Source of the DNA: Phoronis australis
Lineage: Eukaryota > Animalia > Phoronida
Assembly: GCA_002633005.1 (NCBI GenBank)
Contig: NMRA01000952.1
Location: 25,817-89,816, forward strand
DNA: 64,000 nt
Direction: 5' to 3'
In this document: positions 1 through 10,900 of the stretch, in pieces
Layout: each line of letters begins with the position of its first letter
Position numbering within the stretch: the first letter of the stretch is position 1
Made by a program: the position numbers and the translations under genes
Notes under the pieces: generated by a model
What the model was told of the DNA's origin: nothing
Databases searched by the model: none
The model's input: only the letters and a program-made list of their open reading frames with translations

Positions 1-289
1 CATTCAATTGGTTGAAATCTCGGAAACATCATTTCAGTTTACTGTTACGTAGTATGGCGATCTCCTGTGACTTGAATAGTTGTAATTTATAAAAGCAGCA
101 ATGATCGAAGTACACAAAATCATCAAAGAAACCCCGATCCAGTGGCTTAAGCCCAAACAAGTTTAGTGCATAGAGGGCATGTGCAAGTGGTGGCGATGTG
201 ATCGGTAATCTTCCGACCAAGCATGCGCATTGATGCCCACACACGGGCCACTTTTCAGTATAGGCGGCATTGTGTCAGAGGGTACCTCA

Positions 290-545
290 TAATTCGCTGT
301 TTCAGATCAGGTTCTTACGCCACTCTCTGTTTTTAACCACCAGACTTGAGCCAGAGCAGATTTGCGTGAAATCAGGTCTGATGTGAAAGTCACTCATCGA
401 CGTAATATGGTTATGAAATGTGTAAAAAGAGCAAAGATAGATACATGTATTGCCACAGTTCGTGGGTCGAGGGGGTCGTGGGTCATGGGGCTGTGGGTCG
501 AAAGGGTCGTGGGGTGTGGGGGTCGAAGGGTTTTTAGAAAAATCC
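290..545 (+). mobile_element. Right end of a third copy of the same TIR family
   Basis: About 250 bp homologous to 2235-2462 (ttcagatc..agacttgagc..aaagtcactc..gccacag.tcgtgggtcgaggggg..ttttagaaaaatcc). Confidence 0.75.
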
Positions 546-1097
546 GAAGTTGAGAACGTCAGACTTGACTCAAGCATGTACTCACGTGCAGGGATGTGTT
601 TATCAACAATTCTGTTCTTTGACCGCTACGGTATGCGTACAACCTGGGTGTCGTGACGTAACACTCGTACAGGTCATTCTTGGCATTTCCGCAAGTTCCA
701 ACGCATACCACTGTTCTCAGTGGTGGAATGAAAAGCAAAAACACTATATATCAGAATGAACTTGCCAGTCAGTTCAAATTCTGCAATAGGGGTCTAGGGT
801 CATGACCATTGGCTGAAAGATCACATGTATATGTGCAGTATCCGATTTGGGGAACATCATCTCGCCAAATGCAACCTTTCAGAAGGATCCTCTCTTGGTA
901 GCACTGATTGTGAGAATTGTCCCTTTGTCTTTCTATACATGTTAATCTGACACTGCCAAGTATTCACGAGAGAATGAGTTGAGATTCAAAATTCATCAAA
1001 ATTACAAAACATTCGTGAACAGCACAGCATCAAGCAATCGATCCAAACAACCGAAAATATGAAAAAGACAATAGGGTTGACAGTCTTCGAAAGGCTG

Positions 1098-1935
1098 TAA
1101 ATGTTCTAAATGCCCCTTGACACCCTCGACCCCCACATCCCACGACCCCTTCGATGCACGACCCCCTCAACCTTCGACCCTTACGACCCACGATCCCCTC
1201 GACCAACCACTTACAACTCCTTCGAACCAGTCTGCACAAGCTCGACTCGATCTGAAGATAGAATAAGCGCTTACTTGCAGGACCAATGAATTGGGCCGTG
1301 AGCTCGGCTGGTTTTTTCCTGTTTTTTTTTTGCAATTAAGAGAGTCGATTCCGCAAATTTGAAAGCAAAAAACAGAAAAAACGACTAACTCAAATCAAAG
1401 AGCTACCAACGTTACAAGTGTCGCTCTCGCCAGAGTGTAATCGTCTCGTCTGCTCTTCAGCGAATGGCAGAGTCAACTTTTTCTACGGAGAGTGCGAGGA
1501 ACCGACAGAAATGTAATTTCATCAGTGAATACAGTTTGAAAAAAAAAACAATCTGTTAACTAAAAAGTATTTCAACATTAAATAGAGTATATTGTAACCG
1601 AGTTTAAAATAGAAAGTAAGGTACAAAAATGTGAAATTATGTACGTTCACGTTAACGTACTCTCCCCCTAAATTTAGCAGAACTGAACCATTGGTAGCCG
1701 CTCGTGGAACTATTTCAGTGACGATAGCGCGCTCACAAGGCGCTATTTCAGATCACGTTCTCACGTCACTTTCTGTTTTAAATCACTAGACTTGAGCTAG
1801 AGCAGAATCGCGTGTAGGTAAGGTCTTATGGGAAAGTCACTCAGCGACGTAATAAGATCGCAGGTCGTGGGTCGAGGGGGTCGTGGGTCGAGGGGGTCGA
1901 TGGGTTTGGGGGTTGAGAGGTTTTTAGAACAATCC
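1098..1935. mobile_element. Second copy of the 9-bp-TSD TIR element family
   Basis: Degenerate left TIR taaatgttctaaa plus a C-rich array; right TIR ttttagaacaatcc; flanks GAAAGGCTG (1089-1097) and GAAAGGTTG (1936-1944). Confidence 0.72.
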
Positions 1936-2542
1936 GAAAGGTTGGATGTTTGAAGAACGTGAAGACCACTATTTGTGAATTACACAAAAGAACTATTTCC
2001 GATGGTTTTACAAANGAATACAGTTTGAAAAAAAAAACAATCTGTTAACTAAAAAGTATTTCAACATAAAATAGAGTATGTTGTAAACGAGTTTAAAATA
2101 GAAAGTAAGGTATAAAAATGTGAAATTATGTACGTTCACGTTAACGTACTCTCCCCCTAAATTTAGCAGAACTGAACCATTGGTAGCCGCTCGTGGAACT
2201 ATTTCAGTGACGATAGCGCGCTCACAATGCGCTATTTCAGAACACGTTCTCACGTCACTTTCTGTTTTAAATCACCAGACTTGAGCTAGAGCAGAATCGC
2301 GTGTAGGTAAGGTCTTATGGGAAAGTCACTCAGCGACGTAATAAGATCTTGGAATATGTAAAAAGCGTAAAAATACCTCTATTGCCACAGGTCGTGGGTC
2401 GAGGGGGTCGTGGGTCGAGGGGGTCGATGGATTTGGGGGTTGAGAGGTTTTTAGAACAATCCGAAAGGTTGGATGTTTGAAGAACGTGAAGACCACTATT
2501 TGTGAATTACACAAAAGAACTATTTCCGATGGTTTTATAAAA
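1527..2542 (+). repeat. Near-identical ~490/525-bp tandem duplication split by a single N (2015)
   Basis: 1527-2014 and 2016-2542 differ by scattered SNPs and one ~39-bp indel. Confidence 0.9.
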
Positions 2543-2916
2543 TAATGTTATTTTCCCATAGTATAATAAGAATAGTTTTTCTTTTGAAGATCGTTACTAT
2601 ACAGGATTTCTTTGTAAGGAATTCCCACACGTGGAAAAGGCTGTCAGGGGTTACAATTTTGATGAACGTGTACATGTCTAACGGGGTTTCTCAAAGTACT
2701 AAAAGTTATTAAGGTTTAAACGTTTTTGGAGTTCAAGTTTAACTCAGGAATTGTAATACGTGCCTTAGAAATGAATAAAAATGCACGTGAACACGACTGA
2801 ATTCTGAAAACCTATTGGGGGACTTCCAAACCTCGTGAGATGCCCCTCCTCCAAGGTTTTGCCCACTTACCCATTGCTAGTCTTCGAGAAAGTTTTCGGG
2901 AATTGCTTATAACACA

Positions 2917-3232
2917 TTCTCATTTGAAATGAGCTTTTCTCAAATAAATGAGCTTCGAAAAAAGAACTTAAATTGAATACTTAATAAGGCACTGTCCAGA
3001 CAATACCACAATTTCAAATTCATTAATCGGTCTATCCTATGTATACATGCACATGTATATAGGATATACCACCAACATTATTCTTCTGAGTAGTATATCC
3101 TATATATATACGGGATAGGTCGATTAATGAATTTGCAAGTATGGTATTATCTGGCAATACCTTATTAAGTATTCAATTTAAGTCCTTTTTTCGAAGCTCA
3201 TTTATTTGAGAAAAGCTCATTTCAAATGAGAA
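2917..3232. mobile_element. Foldback/MITE-like palindrome (~315 bp)
   Basis: ttctcatttgaaatgagcttttctcaaataaatgagcttcgaaaaaag... is mirrored by ...cttttttcgaagctcatttatttgagaaaagctcatttcaaatgagaa. The arms continue imperfectly towards the centre. Confidence 0.85.
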
Positions 3233-4519
3233 GGACTTTTATTCTGTTTTGAAAAACAATGAATTTTTTGGTTTCTGATTTAAACGTCTATGCATAGTGC
3301 TCGAGCTTCAATGAATAAATGTGCTGACCCGTCAGGCCAGTTGAACTTGAGACCACATCCACATAGAGCCTATATGTGAAAGTGTACTGGCCCGGCCACA
3401 TATCCCAGGTCCCGGGCCACCGTGTATTTCGAACGCTGTTTATGCATCTACGAAAATTGACTGATTGACAGATGTTTTTTTTCCGATTTCTGAAAGAAAT
3501 GACGATGCTTCAGTGAACTTAGTTGCACGCCATCTTTGGGAAAATTCTGTCTATCTTCCGATCCCCAAATAGCAAAGAAATCTGATTGCGAACTTTGCTT
3601 TAGTCATAAATAAGTCTCAAGGATATTGATGGTTCTTCAAAACTGAATCGTTAGATCGCCATTTTCGTGAAGACTGACGCGTCGACGTTCAAATGAGTAG
3701 GCCTGGAGCAGAATCTCAGTGAACCACGGAAACTGAATTTTAACTCATCCTGGCGTCAGTGGAAGTGTGTAGACCCTCTAAATCATTTTCCTCAGACACC
3801 AAAAACTGGACTACCCGTGTTTCAACAAGGGATGTTGGCACTATAACAGGGACCCCTGGATGTCGCCCTTTCAAAAATACAGTCAAACAAATGTCCTCAT
3901 AAGGCGAAGTGTTCCCAAACTGTATCATATTAATAAACTGAATATCCGTGAAGCTTTGATGGTCCATGTCGATTTGAGTAATCGTGACAGTTACCGTACA
4001 TCCCCGGGATTCGCCCCCTCCTATGCCGTGGATGGTCGGTACAAATTTGGCGGCATCCGGAGACCGGAAGTGGTGGCGGAGGTGTGGTTTATGTCAGACG
4101 GGTTTTGTTCCCAACGGTAAATCGATGAAATGTGAATTTCCTGTTAGAATGCACAATTGTGCAAGCTTACATGTGGGTTTGATTACATTTAGTTCATGCT
4201 TGGCTTAAAGACATCGACGCTAAAACGGTATCTGAAGACGATGAGGAAATTATAGCTCCATCTAGTGGTTTTGTAGTGGTAAGCTGCTGAGCCGGAGGGG
4301 TTAGTAATAAATGTTAATTACCTGCGGGAAGAAGCAGAATCGCCCAAAACAAAGCGAACAGTGTGCAAGTCATGATCAAGGTTTTGTGGGTACCACGTGA
4401 CTTGGGTGAGTATTATGACGTAATAAGTATGTATCAACCAATTATTATCAAACCTAAATTTATTTGTTCTAGACTTCGCGAGAGTAAAAATGTATGTCAC
4501 AGCCGTGATGTTTCTGTAG

Positions 4520-4902
4520 TTACAATTCCGTGTTCTTAGCGTGACGTCTTGCGTCCGTANGGCGCTCTGCGTGGTTACCGTGATTGAGGACGTTTGGAGC
4601 AATTGGTGTGAAGTCGCCGTTTACATCAAGTTCTGGTGTTTTGCCACCATCTTCAGAATCTCCCATTACCCGGGCACGACGGCATGGTCGACAACTAGCT
4701 CCACAAGAGGACCGATTAGTCTGATGGAAAGTTGGCGAAAACGGAATGTGCCGACATATTTTCCAGCCCCTTAAAAATTTCATGATATATGGCAGTTCGT
4801 AAATATGATGCTCCGGATCTTTATCTGGTGGCGTCGTTGCCTCCTCGTCGCCCTCCACCACTTGTTGACGCCATTTCAAAATGCCTCTTTCTTCGTCACT
4901 AC
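4520..4902 (-). CDS. SLC23: SLC23 terminal exon 13
   Basis: GSDEERGILKW...YELPYIMKFLRGWKICRHIPFSPTF... to TAA. An N at 4560 makes the extreme C-terminus uncertain. Confidence 0.85.
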
Positions 4903-7900
4903 CTGTTTGTAAAATAAGAATCATACCTGTGTAAAACCTCTGAGACAGTAAACCTTTTTTCAAAAAGTTGCACGAAACTCTGTTTTTTTCATTTACGGTC
5001 ATAAACGCGACATATTTGTTTCGGATACAAGCTTATCCCTTGTCCTGTTTTATATGCTTGCCATTTCAACTGAAGCGGATTGCAGTATATGCTCACCTTT
5101 TTCTGTTACGTATCGGTTAGATGTCTCAACCTGGTCCAGTTAACGTTGTAAAGAGTCGCCTATTTGAGCAAATTTGTTTTGGGGCAAGAGTGTTGCATGC
5201 AGTCGCAGAAAGTATCAGGAGTGGTCAAAAGAATGCTACTGTTATGACCAATTTGCATACACGTAATATTGTGAAGTGGCATAGAACGCGAAAAACAAAC
5301 TGAAGTGCATTATTCAAAAAGGTTCTGTTCCAGAGATTTCAAACTGTTTACCTGGTATTTTTGCGGTTTATCTTGAATTTCTGTTGATGTCAAAACGTTT
5401 TTCATTTATTTTCAAATTAAAAAACATCTGTCACGTGCTCTTTACTTCGTCAATTTTTGTCCCACAAAGCAAAGCACGTCACGTTAAAAACCATGGGGTC
5501 AAACTTGTTTACATGTACTTGTGGTGTTTTCATGTACTTTTGGATGTTTACCTCTTTTGTTCTGGGGTCAATATACTGTTGGAAATTTCTGATATTAGAC
5601 TGTAATTGCACTGCCCCTCACTCAAAGGGGTTGCAAACGATTGCACGGCCGCGCCTCTGGATTTCAGTTGCGATTCTTTTAACTTCAGTACCGGAAACGA
5701 AATCAACAAGTCACGCTAGAAATTCCATGCCCGTGACCCTTAACTTGGCACACGCTAGGAAACACTATAAACCCAGGACAATCACCATAACCAAAGTCTA
5801 CATTCCAAACCCTAGCATGGCAACGATCTCGCACACGGGTCAAGTCTTAGTACTCGAAATCGAAATCGAACTTGTTGGCATTTTCTTTTGCGAACTACAT
5901 GTAAAGATATGTATCATTTAGTATGTGTTTGGGTACATTATGGTTTACGCAAATGAGTTTCTAGTCCCAAGTTTGCACCTCATTGCCCCTAGACTCGATC
6001 TACAAACTCGAGTAAAACTCGATCTTAAAATATGTGGCAATGCAACATACAGGTTGTACATGTACACTGGTTCCGTGATCAAACTCTGGGTGGAAATATT
6101 GATTGACACTTAGGATGGTCCTCACCTGGCACTGTGTTGTCAAGAAGACATCCCACGAATCCACCAACAAACATAGAGGTGCTGAGCAAAACCGTCAATG
6201 CATTGTCTAGTTCAGCATTACCTGAAAGGTGTAGAGAGAAAGAGCTGAATAAAACTGCAAATGGCTTCAGACTGCACAAAATGTACAGGACTGTTCTATT
6301 AGCGAGTTTGATAGCAATACTAAGCCTAAGGCGAGAACACGTAAATAAAGCGATTCTCCAGAAGTCAACGTCCTAGCGAAGGAAATTTCGCAAAAATAAA
6401 AAGAACTTGTTTCTTTCTGTTTTCCTTCTGCGTAATCACAACATATTTTCACGTGTCCAGCCTTATGTTACAGTATCTTGGCCACTAGCGTAATTAGTCG
6501 GTGACGTTGCGCATTGAGTTATGGGATTAGAATTACTCTTTCCGTTCCATAAGCGAAGAACGTTCGTCTCAAGTGAAGCACAGATATCTTGGGTCCAGAA
6601 AACACAGTCCCGAGGTAGGCCTGTTCATCGAGGAACATCCGAAATGACGTACCTGTTTTGATAATCCCAGGATGGGCGCTCAGCCAGTTGGGTAGCATCA
6701 TACCCAGCATAAGAGAAAGACCCAATATGCACTGGTTCCTGCAATAAATGACTGGACAATAGGTTATGCATTTAGGAAGAGAGTGACAGGACCAATATGC
6801 ACTGGTTCCTGCAATAAATGACTGGACAATAGGTTATGCATTTAGGAAGAGAGAGACAGGCCCAATGTGCACTGGTTCCTGCAATAAATGGCAATCGATT
6901 ATTGCGCTTATGAAGTTTTATTTAATCTATAAGTGTTGATTTACACTTTGCCTGGTGTTTTTATACTCCATGCGTAGATTTTATTCACGAAGGGAAACTT
7001 CAATGCTTCGAAGAAAATTTGTCAGCCTGAGCCCAAACAACGGCAAGGGGATGGTGTTCATTTGTGGTCATGTTTTCAAAAAAACAGCCACTTGTGCTCC
7101 TAAATCTGGCCATTGGAGTACACAGTAAGATGCAGCAAAACTGCTTCGACTTCAGAAAAGGAAAACTCAGAAACGGTGGTGGTAATAATTCTAGAGGTAT
7201 ACAAATAGGTAGACTAACTCCATATAAATATACTTACTCGGCGGAAAGAAGTTCTATTCGAAAGTTTGGATCAAACGATTACATAAATTTAAATCAGTAA
7301 GCCTCAATCTGAGACTTTCTATTTACATACATGTACGTGTAATGTGAAGCGCAATGAAAGTGACTTAGACGAAACGTGTTGAAGGTTTGTGGCCGAAAGA
7401 TTCGTTTATGAAATATGCGCAAGAGATAATATCATTGATATAACGCAGGGAGTTTAAACGTGCCCTAAATTTGTAACCGACGCAGACATGTTGAAAGTAC
7501 AAGCTTCAGCTAAGGCGCTCGGAGACACTTATTAACTGAATAATGTAATTACCTTAGTCTTAGTATCACTGAAAATTTAACAGCTGGAAGTAGAACGACG
7601 TATTTATTGCTAAAGATGTTAAAAATTCGTAAAATCCGATAAATACCTTGATGACGATAGGTGGAGGTACTGCAACGTTGACACGCCCACAGCCGACACC
7701 ATTCCAAAGCTGATGACGATCACCCCTCCGAGGACAGGCTCAGGCAACATAGTTAACACAGCACCAAATTTCCCAATGCAGCCACAAACAACAAAGATTA
7801 ATGCAGAGAACTGAAACGCACGGCGACTACCAACCTAAAGTACAAAGCAATAGGACGTTTCTCAAAAATAATCTACACATACCTGTTACACAGCTACAGC

Positions 7901-10900
7901 GTGCCATTAAAATACACTTCATCAACGAATCACGTTTTGTAGTGCATTTGACGAATTGATTTTCCAGAATTTTGAATTGCTGAGTTATTGCAACTGAACG
8001 TTTCGTGAATGATTTGCAAAGCACCAGACACACCGTACATAATTTACACGTACAAAATGAGTTTCAGTTAGTTTCAGTATTGGAGAAAAGGCCATCGTTT
8101 GGGTCTTTCTTTCCTTTTCCATTTTGTAACAGTTATTGAAACTTTACCAAATGAAGCTGACTACCTTGGTGAAACCAATAGCGCCGATATTCTGACTGTA
8201 AGATGTCGTGGCCCCACCTGATCCAAATGCTCCGGAGAGTATGCTTCCGATGCCTTCCACGGCAATTCCCCTGTTGACTGCATGCGGAGGAGGTGGAGGC
8301 ACTTGACAAATTTTTGCGCATGCGTAGTAATCGCCAACAGACTCGATGATTGACGTAAACGTGGCGGCCATCATAGCCACGTAACCGGAGACGCTGACTG
8401 TAGGTATTCCCCACTGCCCTATGCGTAAAAAAATAATAAATGTTGTTTGTTTCTGTAAGGTCGCATTTTGAAAACATATATGCATATTGAAAACGCGCTA
8501 TCAAAGAACTTCGAAATCAATACACAGCATGAATTTATGTTCTGTCATTTTGAAATCTTTAACCTGAAAAAGATGGCTTGAAACACACCATAGTCGTCAA
8601 TTTGCCACTTTTACACTTCCGTTTGAGCTTTCCTCTCTCTCTCTNAACTATAACGCCTATTTTTTCTTGTTGGTCACTTTTCATCATCACTAAAGAGTGT
8701 GCTAATTGCATGCACTTTAGATATCTAGAAACGCTGTCACACATTTTCTGAAAAAAAATCAAATTCGTCTCTGTTTACTTCAAAACTGCCAGGTCAAATC
8801 CCCAATTTTTAACACAAACCTGTTATTTACGGACTGTAGGAGACAAACATGTAGCAGTTTCGTTCAACATTATACTACATGTACATTGCGATAAATAATA
8901 CATTAATAAAGTCTTCCTAAATTCCATAAGTTTTCCACAAAAAGCCTTGTTCGTTAAAACGGAAAGACTTCGTAGGAATTATGAATTCCATGTACAGTGA
9001 AATCGTTGTATTCTTTCCAAACCGAGGTTACGTGGCGACGTGCTTGAACACATGTATGAATGCAGCCGTGTAATTCTTTTCATTTGTTCCCGTATAATAA
9101 AGTCGAAACGGATGTCGGACCCAAGAACACGACAGCTTGCGTATCTGAACAGCTTCGGCTCACCATAACTTATTCCATAAACTTTGAGCGACCAGTCTCC
9201 TAACTTTACCTGGGTACGGGAAAAAGAACCAGCCTGTATTATTAAGTGCGTCTAGTCGGGCGTCTGTCCGTGCGTAGTACCCAGATGTCTGATTCCTGTC
9301 GTTGTCGGGGAAGACGTTGGCCGCGGTAAGTATAGCGCAGAGAGACCAAGCGATAGCTATTGACAGAATAACCTAGGGAAGAAGGATTAGTTGTCAGTGA
9401 ACGTCTTAGGTGAGGCTTTGTAAAACTTGTTTAATCTTAGACTATTGATTGAGAATGGACTGTCCGTCTTGGCAGCTAACACCTCAATGTAGGACCCTCA
9501 TTGCAACTTCCAGCGAACATATCGCTAAATAGGGCATAAAAGGAAGATAGATTACAACATGGATAAATTGGTACTTGTGCGCACCTGAGACGGTATCTAA
9601 TCGTCGACAAGAAAGGAAATCAATCTATACAACAGCCAGAAGGAGTCAACGCACAGAATGCTTGCTCACGTGACTTGAAAAATCAGAAACTATTACAAAC
9701 TTACCGAGATAAGTTTGAAAATCGGATATCGGATCACGTGACACTTTTCTTTAACGGAAAACCCTGGCAACGGAACCTTGACGTCGCTTACATATAGAGA
9801 AAAGAACAGAACGCTGCATACTGTTCTGAAAAAGAAGCAAACAATTGAGCATCTGGATCGTCAAACAAAAATGAGCATTAGGCTGGCAAAACAAAATTTA
9901 AAATGTTCAGAAAGTGACTACTGCGTAGTTCGGGAGTACCTAAAGATTCATTGATTAATGTATACAATCATACATGTACTCATAAAACACTTTCTGACGA
10001 AGTAAGCTATATGAAACTTCCGCGCACGGGAGCACGTGAACACACTTCATTAGCTCTTCCCAGTAGTGTCTACCTAGGTTTTACTAGAGCATCATCTGTA
10101 GTTCCAGGTGAATTATGTTTGACCACAACATACAGTGGAGACACAGGTTGTTCCGCAATAAGTCACCACCTATAAAATTGATATCAGTTTGCTACCCACG
10201 TTGTTCCAAAACAACGTGGTTACCTCTCAAGACGGCTATGTGGTTTCCGTGAGCAAGCCAGAGAAAATCCATGGAGTCGAAACCGCATCTTCATCATTAG
10301 CCGATAGATGGAGAGTACGATCTCTAATTTACACGGGTAATTTGTTAAAGGTTGAGCAAGATATACTTACAGAGCAGCTATCCCCCACTGTTCCTCACAG
10401 TAATCTGTGGCCACAGTAAAGAGTGAAAGACCGACCAATGAAATAGTTGGCGCTATCGTAAGAGGGCCGATGAATCTGACGATAAAGCCCAACAACCCTG
10501 TGCAGCCAATCACAACTTGAGTAAGAGACGCGAGCATGATGCTACCTTGAATCTGTGAAACAACAACACCTGTGAACGGTCATTATTTACAAAGCAGTTT
10601 CAGCTTCATTTTTTCTGTACTAAGTTGGCACTAGCCTCGTATTCAAATTACACTACTTCCCTGCTTATGAAAGTGGCTGGTTCTGTCGCACGATCATGGT
10701 TGAAATGTGCATGTCTGCGTTAAATTCACTTGCAACTTGGCGGTATTTTGCAGCAAATAGCACAAATTCATACACGCACGTACACGCACATACAGAATAG
10801 GTTACTAAACTGGCTGTAGATACCCCGAGAGGTACATGTAGATGATTTGAAAGGAATGAACGAATAGTATTCGGTATTGCAATGCAACGAAAACACGTCG

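Noticed and set aside
302-1335. Pro/Gly-rich ORFs (also 12220-12543 and 12982-13317)
   Set aside because: Translations of the G/C-rich subterminal transposon repeats.
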